Shown: positions 15,848-24,441 of the stretch, one piece after another
Position numbering within the stretch: position 1 is the stretch's first letter
Layout: each line of letters starts with the position of its first letter
Assembly (NCBI GenBank): GCA_049644605.1
Contig: JBARSF010000005.1
Location: 538 to 64,537 of the forward strand
Origin: Anaerolineales bacterium
GTDB taxonomy: Bacteria; Chloroflexota; Anaerolineae; Anaerolineales; UBA11858
Direction of reading: 5' to 3'
DNA length: 64,000 bases
Translations under genes and position numbers: made by a program
The notes under the pieces: model-generated
Databases searched by the model: none
What the model was told of the DNA's origin: nothing
Seen by the model: the letters and a program-made list of their open reading frames with translations, nothing else

Positions 15848-18169
15848 ATGAAATATATGTCTGCAGAGAATGTCAGCACCCAGGATTTTGATATCTTTGT
15901 CAGCTATTCCTCGCAGGATAAGTCCATAGCGGATGCAGTAGTTGCCGCCCATGAACAGGCCGGGATCCGCTGCTGGTATGCACCGCGTGATATCGCGCCG
16001 GGCGCAGATTGGGCAGATTCCATCACCAAGGCCATTCATGATTGTTCCATCATGGTGCTGATTTTTTCAAAAGAAGCCAATCGTTCCCAGCGGGTGATCG
16101 ATGAGGTCAATTATGCTATCAGCCAGGAAAAACCCCTGCTCCCTTTCCGGATTGAATCCTCAAATCCCACCGGTGCACTCAGCCTTCATTTATCTTCCCG
16201 GCACTGGTTGGATGCTTATGATCCCGGCTGGGAAGATCATATTGAGAGGCTGGTAAAGAGCGTAACGATAAATCTGGAAGATGCCGATGAGACGATCCAG
16301 ATCAGTGGGGGAGAAGCCGATTCCATTGTTGGGGAAAGAGCACAGAAGCAGCTGAAAAAACAAAAATCCTTCAAGAACCTTGGTTATCTTGCAGGAGGTT
16401 TGATAGTCGTTTCCCTTTTGGGGTATTTCGGGTGGAAGTATTTTGGAGAGGGAAAACTTGGGCTGGATCCTAGAAATTCCACAATCACACTGGAAGAATC
16501 TACACCAACCGAATCTTTGCCAGAACCAACTGAGATAGAAGAGACCAGCGAGGTGGTGCCCCCAGAAATACCTTCTTATACTGCGGTTCTGCATGGTTCA
16601 ATTGAAGAACAGGGGTTTTCGCTTGATCCCCAGAAGGAAAATACAGGTGATTTGGCACTGAATTTGTTTCTCACTTTGACAGCATATGATTATGAAAACG
16701 CGGCCGTGGTTCCGCGAGCAGCAGAAAGCTGGACAGTCAGTCCGGATGGGCGCATCTATACTTTTAAGTTACGGGCAGAGATCCCCTGGGTAATCCATGC
16801 TCTGGAAGGAGATACGGTTCAAATTACTGACGAAGATGGCAGCCCCCGATATGTGTCCGCCGCTGATTTTGAATATGCCTATAAAAGGTTGTGTGATCCC
16901 GCTATCGAAGATTTCCGTCTGCGACCCACGAACATTCAAGGGTGTAGTGATGTTTTGGAATATACAGATCCTGAGAATATTCCCCCGGAACTATTTGATG
17001 AGATTGGTGTGGAAGCAATATCAGATACAGAATTGATTTTTACTCTTGAAGAACCATCCGGCTATTTCCTGACCACAACATCTAATTTGTCTTTCTCAGC
17101 CGTGCCTGCCTGGGCATTAGAAAAATATAGTGAAGCCTGGACAAATCCTGGGCTGATGCCCACCAATGGAGTTTTTGTGATTGATGAGTGGGTTCCCGGG
17201 GAAAGGATCCGCTTGGTTCGCAATGAGCTCTTACCGATCGAAGTGCAGGGGGAGGGTAATATCAAAACGGTTGAGCTGATGATGTTAAATGACACCGAAG
17301 CTTATGAAATGTGGGGAACAGGTCAGATTGATTACGCATCCATCCCTGAAGAGTACCTTGCAAACCATCTTATCCAGAATTCAGATCAAACCAATCAAGC
17401 ATTGGATCAAATTGTTTATTATTTGATATTCAACTTGGATCAACCACCATTTGATAATATTCACCTCCGGCGGGCATTCTCCGCGGCTTTAAATAGAACT
17501 TATTTTGTCAACGATATCCTCCAGGAGGGAGGACTCCCAATGAACCATTTAGCGCCTCCTGGTGTGTTTGGCGCCCCGCCGGTGGACGAAGTAGGCGTTG
17601 GTTACGCCCTGAAGTATGCCCGGGCTGAATTAGAACTTGCCGGGTACCCCCAATGCCTGGATTTGCCAATGATTGATTTTACTGCTTTTTCCACCTCAAT
17701 AGATAAAAATGCTGATAAGATTGCACGTTCCTGGGAAGAAGGATTGGATTGCCCTGAGGGAACCATAAATTATCTAGGAAATGTCTTTGGTGATAATGGC
17801 TATCAGAGTGAGTGGGATATATTAGGGGCTGGTTGGAGAAGTGATTACCCTGATGAAGAAAACTGGGTAGGACCAGTTCTATATTGTGACAATAAAAGGT
17901 TTGTAGAACGAAGTTGTAATGAAATTGATGAGCTGATAGTTCAAGCCAGGGAGGAAATTAATGCTTCTAAACGCATTGAACTATACCGTCAAATTGAGGA
18001 ATCTTTTTTTGGTTATGAAGGAACTTTTCCGATTGCACCCCTTTATACACCATTCTTTTATACAGCCAGTTACGATTGGGTTGAGTATACCCAAGCCGGT
18101 TTTTGGATTGATGATTATTCAAAATATTGGATTGATATAGATGCCAAAGAGGCTGCACGGGGGGAGTGA
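15848..18169 (+). CDS. TIR domain - single TM helix - family-5 solute-binding (peptide/nickel SBP-like) domain protein, copy 1
   Basis: TIR motifs FDIFVSYSSQDK, IRCWYAPRDIAPGADW and IMVLIFSKEANRSQRVIDEVNYA. TM helix LGYLAGGLIVVSLLGYFGW is preceded by KKQK. SBP_5-like motifs follow: LFLTLTAYDYENAAVVPRAAESWTVSPDGRIYTFKLRAEIPW and ERIRLVRNE. No ABC permease or ATPase genes lie nearby. Confidence 0.85.
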   Translation: MKYMSAENVSTQDFDIFVSYSSQDKSIADAVVAAHEQAGIRCWYAPRDIAPGADWADSITKAIHDCSIMVLIFSKEANRSQRVIDEVNYAISQEKPLLPFRIESSNPTGALSLHLSSRHWLDAYDPGWEDHIERLVKSVTINLEDADETIQISGGEADSIVGERAQKQLKKQKSFKNLGYLAGGLIVVSLLGYFGWKYFGEGKLGLDPRNSTITLEESTPTESLPEPTEIEETSEVVPPEIPSYTAVLHGSIEEQGFSLDPQKENTGDLALNLFLTLTAYDYENAAVVPRAAESWTVSPDGRIYTFKLRAEIPWVIHALEGDTVQITDEDGSPRYVSAADFEYAYKRLCDPAIEDFRLRPTNIQGCSDVLEYTDPENIPPELFDEIGVEAISDTELIFTLEEPSGYFLTTTSNLSFSAVPAWALEKYSEAWTNPGLMPTNGVFVIDEWVPGERIRLVRNELLPIEVQGEGNIKTVELMMLNDTEAYEMWGTGQIDYASIPEEYLANHLIQNSDQTNQALDQIVYYLIFNLDQPPFDNIHLRRAFSAALNRTYFVNDILQEGGLPMNHLAPPGVFGAPPVDEVGVGYALKYARAELELAGYPQCLDLPMIDFTAFSTSIDKNADKIARSWEEGLDCPEGTINYLGNVFGDNGYQSEWDILGAGWRSDYPDEENWVGPVLYCDNKRFVERSCNEIDELIVQAREEINASKRIELYRQIEESFFGYEGTFPIAPLYTPFFYTASYDWVEYTQAGFWIDDYSKYWIDIDAKEAARGE

Positions 18170-18371
18170 GTATCAGCAAAATAAGTTTAGGTCTGAGTGT
18201 GTGAAAAAAATAATCCCAGGAATATTTCTGATTACTTCAGAGATATAAGTGCTTTTGTTTGGTATTTGTAAGCAGCCCTGGTGATCAACTGGCTGATGCT
18301 GTGTAGTATAATGACGGCTTCTCTTATCTAAAGAAATTCATTAGTTAAACAAAGGATAAACGGATCTAACA

Positions 18372-20690
18372 ATGAAACCTGAGGATCGCACTCCCCCCAA
18401 CTTTGATATTTTTGTCAGTTATTCCTCACAGGATAAGTTCATAGCAGATGCAGTAGTAGCCGCCCATGAACAGGTTGGGATCCGCTGCTGGTATACACCG
18501 CGTGATATCGCGCCTGGTGCTGACTGGGCAGACTCGATTACCCAGGCCATTCATGATTGTAAGATTATGGTGTTGATTTTCTCAAAGGAAGCTAATCGCT
18601 CCCAGCGAGTAATTGATGAGGTCAATTATGCCATCAGCCAGGAAAAACCCCTGCTTCCCTTCCGGATCGAACCTTCCAATCCCACTGGCGCCCTCAGCCT
18701 GCATTTATCTTCCCGGCACTGGTTGGATGCTTATGATACTGGCTGGGAAGCCCATATTAAGAGGCTGGTCAAGAGTGTTAAGACCAATCTGGAAAATGCC
18801 ACAGATACGATCCAGATCAGCGGAGGAGAAGCGCCTTCCATTGTAGGGGGAAGGGTCGCAAAACAAGCGAAAAGACAGGTCTCCCTCAAGACGCTTGGTT
18901 ACGTTGCAGGAGGATTGATAGTTGTTTCTTTGTTAGGATTTTTCGGCTGGAATTATCTGGGAAAAGGTAAACCAGAGCTAGCCCCTGAAATTACCTCCCC
19001 CTCACCAGTAGAATCTACTCCAACTGCATATCTTCCTGAACCAATTGAATCGCAAGAGACCAGCGATATAAATCCCGCAGAAGTATCTTCTCATAATGCA
19101 GTTCTTCATCTAGCTATCAAAGAGCAAAATCTTGTAATTGATCCTCTGATAGCAGGCATCCAATTTGTACCGTTTACACAAAGCTTATTTCTCACTTTAA
19201 CAGGATTCGATTATGAAAACGAGACTGTCTATCCGTATATAGCACAGAACTGGACCATCAGCCCGGATAGGCGTATATATACTTTTACGTTGAGACCAGA
19301 TATCCCCTGGGTAACCCATGCTCTCGGTGGAGAAACAGTTCAGGTTATTGATGAAGAAGGATATCCTCGTTTTCTAACAGCTTCTGATTTTGCGTATGCC
19401 TTTAAACGGTTGTGTGATCCCGGTTTCGATAACATCGATCTACGTCCCACAAATATTATAGGTTGCAGCGAAGTTCTGGAATATGCAAACCCGGGAAACA
19501 TCCCCCCGGAATTATTCGATGAAATTCGAGTGGAGGCAGTTTCAGATACAGAATTGGTGTTTTATCTTGAAGAACCTTCCGCTTATTTCTTGACCGATAC
19601 AGCTAATATTTCCTCCTCAGCTGTGCCTGGCTGGGCCATAGAAGAATATGGTGACTCCTGGACAAACCCGGAACTGATAGCTACTCATGGAGCTTTTGTG
19701 ATTGATGATTGGGTTCCCGGAGAGTCAATCCGCCTGGTTCGGAACGAACTCTTTCCGGTTGATATGCAAGGTGTCGGAAATATCCAAACAGTGGAGATGG
19801 TGTTGGAAGGCAGTGCCTATGACTTGTGGTTAAATAACGAGGTAGATATCGCGCAAGTCCCTGCCCCCGAAACTGGGTCTTTCCTGAAGCAGTTTCCAGC
19901 TCAAGCTCTCCCAGAGCTTGGTGATGTTCATCACTTTATGATTTTTAACAGCACTGAGTTCCCATTTGATAAACTTCACCTTCGACGTGCTTTTTCAGCT
20001 GGGTTAAACCGATCCTATTTGGTTAGAGATGTCTTCCAGGGAGGGTGGATGCCCATGATACACCTGGCGCCCCCGGGCACATTTGGCGCTCCACCGTTGA
20101 ATGAAGTGGGTGTTGGAGATGACCAGGAATTCGCCCGGTCAGAGTTAGAACTTGCAGGGTATCCAGAATGCCAGGGTCTGCCAATTATCAATTTCCTCAG
20201 TGCATCCGGATTCATGCTCGATATATCCGCGGAGGAAATTGCACGCTCCTGGGAGAAGACCCTGGGATGCCCTGAAGGGACGATAGAATACAAAGGGAAT
20301 ATATTGAGGGACGATAGTCTAAGTTCAAACGGGTGGGATATCCTGAGTATTGGGTGGATGGGTGAATACCCAGATCAAGAAGCCTGGGTAGGGGCAATCC
20401 TCTACTGCGACTCCGAATCCTGGATTAATGAGTTAATAAATCGAAGCTGCACCGAAGTTGATCAACTTATTATTCAGGCCAGGGAAGAAATTAGCCAATC
20501 TGACCGGATTCAACAATACCGTCAAATTGAGGAGTATTTTTTCGGTTATGAAGGGACCTTTCCAATTGCACCGATGTTTGCTCCAACGATATATACTGCA
20601 AAATCTCATTGGTTCGATGATAGTCAAGGCGGGAATATTTCCGATTGGATCATTGACATGGATGTCAAGCAGGCAGTGCTGGGCGAGTGA
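18372..20690 (+). CDS. TIR domain - single TM helix - family-5 solute-binding domain protein, copy 2
   Basis: Collinear paralogue of 15848-18169. By eye, the TIR part is about 90% identical at protein level with many synonymous DNA differences. The SBP part is clearly more diverged. Confidence 0.85.
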   Translation: MKPEDRTPPNFDIFVSYSSQDKFIADAVVAAHEQVGIRCWYTPRDIAPGADWADSITQAIHDCKIMVLIFSKEANRSQRVIDEVNYAISQEKPLLPFRIEPSNPTGALSLHLSSRHWLDAYDTGWEAHIKRLVKSVKTNLENATDTIQISGGEAPSIVGGRVAKQAKRQVSLKTLGYVAGGLIVVSLLGFFGWNYLGKGKPELAPEITSPSPVESTPTAYLPEPIESQETSDINPAEVSSHNAVLHLAIKEQNLVIDPLIAGIQFVPFTQSLFLTLTGFDYENETVYPYIAQNWTISPDRRIYTFTLRPDIPWVTHALGGETVQVIDEEGYPRFLTASDFAYAFKRLCDPGFDNIDLRPTNIIGCSEVLEYANPGNIPPELFDEIRVEAVSDTELVFYLEEPSAYFLTDTANISSSAVPGWAIEEYGDSWTNPELIATHGAFVIDDWVPGESIRLVRNELFPVDMQGVGNIQTVEMVLEGSAYDLWLNNEVDIAQVPAPETGSFLKQFPAQALPELGDVHHFMIFNSTEFPFDKLHLRRAFSAGLNRSYLVRDVFQGGWMPMIHLAPPGTFGAPPLNEVGVGDDQEFARSELELAGYPECQGLPIINFLSASGFMLDISAEEIARSWEKTLGCPEGTIEYKGNILRDDSLSSNGWDILSIGWMGEYPDQEAWVGAILYCDSESWINELINRSCTEVDQLIIQAREEISQSDRIQQYRQIEEYFFGYEGTFPIAPMFAPTIYTAKSHWFDDSQGGNISDWIIDMDVKQAVLGE

Positions 20691-20716
20691 AAAAAAAGAT
20701 GAAAATAATTCAAATC

Positions 20717-21120
20717 CCAGGCCAGCTTATAAGCCGCATTCTGTCTGATGTATATCCGGTTTACACCCCGGAGGGCTTCCTCCCTTTAATACACTGAGGT
20801 GATTATCTGTCTGGGGCGCGCTTCTCAGCGCGCCTCGGTGCAGCCTACCTGGAATTCGAGGGAGACGAGCAGCCTCCCCTCCCGAAGGAGTTCATCCCTG
20901 TTTGGCCTTGCTCCCGATGGGGGTTGCCCGGCCGCAGGCATTGCTGCCTGCGCCGGTGGTCTCTTACACCACCATTTCACCCTTACTCCCGAAGGAGCGG
21001 TATGTTTCTGTGGCCCGATCCGGCAGATCACTCCGCCCCGGACGTTATCCGGCACCGTGCTCGGTGGAGTGCGGACTTTCCTCGCCCTGCGAACAGGGCG
21101 CAACCACCTGGCTGACCTGG
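20717..21120 (-). ncRNA. rnpB: RNase P RNA, bacterial type A
   Basis: The minus strand reads CCAGGTCAGC...GAGGAAAGTCCGCAC (P4 5' strand)...AGTAAGGGTGAAATGGTGGTGTAAGAGACCACC...ACAGAATGCGGCTTATAAGCTGGCCTGG (P4 3' strand, with P1 closing onto the 5' end). Shadow ORFs on both strands fit a structured GC-rich RNA. Confidence 0.85.
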
Positions 21121-21192
21121 GGAACACATCATATCACTTTTTGAAATTTTCTAATAGGGTTTGACCCAGGGGTCAGCAACCGAGTGTGGAAA

Positions 21193-22494
21193 TTAAGGTG
21201 TAATCGCCTGGTGGTATTTTTTTAATACTGAAAAGATTTTATTTTCAATCCAGTTTTTGGGATGATTAGGCAATTCACCCTGGATGATTTTTGGATAGAT
21301 TTCCGGGAGGTGCTGGCTGATCAGCGGTAGAGGGATCTCAAAAGCAGTGAGATTGGAATACAGCTTTCTTAAAGCATCTTGTACTTTTGGTTTGTTCCAA
21401 TAATACCGGATTCGATCGTTGTAGCTGTATTTGCGCGAAAAGGCCAATCCCTCTTCCGTTCCGGAATAATAAGCTTCCCAATATTCAGGCTGGCCAACCA
21501 TTTCCTGGTCAATAACCGTACTTATGTTGGATAATTCTATCCGGGATTCATATCTGGCAATCCCCAATTCGATTTGTTCCAGGGCAAAAATCATTTCCCT
21601 GTAAACGAAGGTCAATTCAGGGCCAACTTTAAGGATCGCAAAATGATCTTTGACCAGGTTATTTAACGATGAGAGGGTTTGATAATCTGTGGAATGGGCT
21701 TCAAAAACCATTCCAGGTTCACCCATGATGAACTGTGACAGTAGCGCTGCCTGCCGGGGATCATAGTAGTGGACCGATTTATCATAAAACTCTACCCCAG
21801 GTTGAACCACTACAGCGATTACTCTTTCCCAGGCGGATTCCAAGCCACATTTAAGGAATTCACCTTTTGTGATCTGGATGGTTTCAGACACATTTTCCGG
21901 ACTGGTGACCTGGAGCTCATGGCCGCTGGATTGGTCACCCCCCGGCGAAGGGACTTCGGTGCCGATAATGTATAGGCAGTTTATCTTGTTATCTCTTGGA
22001 GCCGCTTCGGCCGCCTGGCATAATTGGGCAGTTCGTTGGGCGGATAATCGAACGTCAAGCGGTTGGTCCTGATCATCATCTCCGCAAAACATACTGGCGT
22101 CCAGATGAATTTTTCGATACCCGGCTGAGACATAGTCCTGTACGAGCTGGCAGGCATTCCCCATGGCAGCCTGGGCGGGCATGGATCTCCAGGGATAGGG
22201 ACCAAGATGATCTCCACCGAGGATTAAATTTGACGTTGGGAATTCTAATTTGGAGGAGATATCATAAAGATAGGCGACAAATTGCTCTGGCGTTTTACCG
22301 GAATATCCCCCGAATTGATTTACCTGGTTGCAGGTTGACTCTATCAGCACCGGGAAATCTTTCCCCGCAGAATAGTTTAACGTGCTCTCAATCACAGCTG
22401 GATGGGAAGAACAGACCGAGAAAACACCAAAGGGGGTTCCCCCTTTATTTTCCTGTAACCTGGATTGAAGGATGGCCAGCGGGTTTTTAGACAT
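21193..22494 (-). CDS. GatZ/KbaZ/AgaZ-family protein (tagatose-bisphosphate aldolase non-catalytic subunit / tagatose-6-P epimerase-like)
   Basis: The N-terminus GTPFGVFSVCSSHPAVIESTLNYSAGKDFPVLIESTCNQVNQFGGYSG is typical of the family, and the length (433 aa) fits. Confidence 0.8.
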   Translation of the reverse strand: MSKNPLAILQSRLQENKGGTPFGVFSVCSSHPAVIESTLNYSAGKDFPVLIESTCNQVNQFGGYSGKTPEQFVAYLYDISSKLEFPTSNLILGGDHLGPYPWRSMPAQAAMGNACQLVQDYVSAGYRKIHLDASMFCGDDDQDQPLDVRLSAQRTAQLCQAAEAAPRDNKINCLYIIGTEVPSPGGDQSSGHELQVTSPENVSETIQITKGEFLKCGLESAWERVIAVVVQPGVEFYDKSVHYYDPRQAALLSQFIMGEPGMVFEAHSTDYQTLSSLNNLVKDHFAILKVGPELTFVYREMIFALEQIELGIARYESRIELSNISTVIDQEMVGQPEYWEAYYSGTEEGLAFSRKYSYNDRIRYYWNKPKVQDALRKLYSNLTAFEIPLPLISQHLPEIYPKIIQGELPNHPKNWIENKIFSVLKKYHQAITP

Positions 22495-22501
22495 GGGATC
22501 C

Positions 22502-23515
22502 TTATGAATATTTTTTATACCAATCCTGGTATTGGTCCAATTCCTGAGAGGGGTAAAAATCTGTCCAGGGTCGGGCGTATTTTTCCGCTATTTCATTTAA
22601 CTCTGTCAGGCGTTTGTGAGCGACATCTCTTAACCATTTCACCCGTTCCGCGGACTGGAGCGGAATGCCCTCTTTCCAGACCGCCCGTCCTCCAATGAAA
22701 CCGGATGCTCCGGCTTGGCAGGCTATTTTTACCTGGTCTTCAAAAACCTCAAAATCCACACCAGCGCTTAATACAGTCCAGGGACACTTGGACACATCTG
22801 AAATGGACAGGCAAGCTTCCCTCCAAAAGGTCTGGTCCTGGTGATGGTTGGAATCCACAGGGAATTCGATCTTTAATATATCAGGCTCCAGAGAGCTTAA
22901 TCGTCTTACCAAACGGGCGATCAGGGATGGGCGATCCTTGGCGAATTCTATTGAATTCTTGTTTTGGTTTGGATCAATGCTGTAGGAAACCGCTTCCAGG
23001 AAAAAAGCGATGTCATGGTCCCGGCATTGCTGAGCGACCAGAGTTGTTAACTGATCTTGTTTCTCTGTTAATTCCCCCCCCTCGGGGTGATAATAAATTA
23101 AGAGTTTCACAGCATCCCCTCCCATCTTTTTTATTTGGGGAACCCCCCAATCCGGGAGAAGTGTTGAGCTTCGGGCTGTAGATTTTCCACTGTATCCGGT
23201 TTTTTCAACTGCAACCAGCAGTCCTGTTTTGGCTGGCAATTCATTCCTGGCGATTGCCTGGAAGGCGCCATATAAGGGATCCAGTAAGACCCCGCTTGCT
23301 ACTGGCGCCAGGGTTTTTATGACATCAAGTTTTGCGGAGACCACCTCTTGATAACTGGCTGGATCCTTTGAACCGGGATTTACCATCTTCACAAAGGATT
23401 GACGATGATCAAATGCCAGTATGGAGAAGACATTCTGTTCAGTTGAGGTTGATGTTAATCCTCGCCGTTTACCTATGGAAAGTACTTTTGGTTTCACACC
23501 CTGCTCCTGAATCAC
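22502..23515 (-). CDS. Class I aldolase, LacD/DeoC-like (putative tagatose-1,6-bisphosphate-type aldolase)
   Basis: ILAFDHRQSF near the N-terminus, DAVKLLIYY and FFLE segments, a TIM-barrel-sized protein, and a sugar-phosphate operon context. The exact substrate is uncertain. Confidence 0.55.
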   Translation of the reverse strand: MIQEQGVKPKVLSIGKRRGLTSTSTEQNVFSILAFDHRQSFVKMVNPGSKDPASYQEVVSAKLDVIKTLAPVASGVLLDPLYGAFQAIARNELPAKTGLLVAVEKTGYSGKSTARSSTLLPDWGVPQIKKMGGDAVKLLIYYHPEGGELTEKQDQLTTLVAQQCRDHDIAFFLEAVSYSIDPNQNKNSIEFAKDRPSLIARLVRRLSSLEPDILKIEFPVDSNHHQDQTFWREACLSISDVSKCPWTVLSAGVDFEVFEDQVKIACQAGASGFIGGRAVWKEGIPLQSAERVKWLRDVAHKRLTELNEIAEKYARPWTDFYPSQELDQYQDWYKKYS

Positions 23516-24441
23516 GCGTAGTATAAATTGACCAGCTGCTCCTGTAGTTTTTGTGTTTTTGCGGCTTCAAAACCATTGGTGATAGGGCTTGAATTAGTAT
23601 TTATACAATGAAGGAAGTGAATAATCTCCTTCTGGAAACCCCGGTCATCAAGCCATTTGTTTTCTGATTGTGCTTTCCAGATTTGTTTTTTTTCATCCGC
23701 AGTAATCTCTGCTACCGATTGGAATAAATCAATCAGAAGAGTTTTTTCATTCCCAATAATTGTAACCCGTTCCTGCCAGCGGCCAGCTTCACGGCTGTGT
23801 AATATGACACCTATGCCATGGGCATTCATCTTAAGATTACTTACAGCGCTTAACAGGTTGCCATCCACCTCTATGGCAGAAGTTGCCAAAGGAGTTAGTT
23901 CTTTACTGAACACCCGCAGTAAATCAACCTGGTGAATCAGATCTTCTCGAAAACTTTCCGCCAGGGCACGTTTTTGTTGAGAGGGACGGTGTTTTTCAAG
24001 GATAATAAGCCTGATTTGATTTTCCTTAACGATATCCAGTGTTTTCAACACAGGTTCTGCGAATCTACGGTTAAAACCAACCATAAAAACCAGGTTCTTC
24101 TTCTGCGCTTTTTGAGCGATTTGGAGAGTTTTTTTTGCTGAAGTTGTGGGGGGTTTTTCCACAAAGACATGGATTCCTTCATCCAACAGCCTGTCACAGA
24201 GCTCAAAGTGTGATTCTACGGGTGTAAGAACAAATGCGGCCTGGATACCCGAGTCTATAAATTCATTCCAATTTGTGGTCGTGTTTATCCCCGGCCAGGA
24301 TAACATAATACCCTCCCAGTTCCGGGAGCTTTCACTCAAAATCATATTGATAGATACATCGGGCATGGCGGTTAGTAACGGTAAAAAAGCCTTTTGTGTT
24401 ATGTATCCGCAGCCAATGATTCCGAGAGATATTTTTTTCAT
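23512..24441 (-). CDS. Gfo/Idh/MocA-family NAD(P)-dependent oxidoreductase
   Basis: MKKISLGIIGCGYITQKAFLPLL Rossmann N-terminus. The start was moved to 24441, giving an ATGA overlap with the upstream HAD gene's stop; the track ORF begins at 24531. Confidence 0.75.
   Translation of the reverse strand: MKKISLGIIGCGYITQKAFLPLLTAMPDVSINMILSESSRNWEGIMLSWPGINTTTNWNEFIDSGIQAAFVLTPVESHFELCDRLLDEGIHVFVEKPPTTSAKKTLQIAQKAQKKNLVFMVGFNRRFAEPVLKTLDIVKENQIRLIILEKHRPSQQKRALAESFREDLIHQVDLLRVFSKELTPLATSAIEVDGNLLSAVSNLKMNAHGIGVILHSREAGRWQERVTIIGNEKTLLIDLFQSVAEITADEKKQIWKAQSENKWLDDRGFQKEIIHFLHCINTNSSPITNGFEAAKTQKLQEQLVNLYYA

Noticed and set aside
10580-20690. Calling the locus a canonical Thoeris system
   Set aside because: There is no SIR2-SLOG or TM-Macro ThsA-like gene. 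The SLOG-like protein is stand-alone, and the TIR proteins are membrane-anchored sensor fusions. Only 'Thoeris-like logic' can be proposed.
20799-21164. Several 60-121-aa ORFs on both strands (20799-21164, 20825-21127, 20902-21144, 20924-21115)
   Set aside because: They lie entirely within the RNase P RNA gene. Mutually overlapping ORFs on both strands, rich in Arg/Pro/Gly, are typical shadows of a GC-rich structured RNA.
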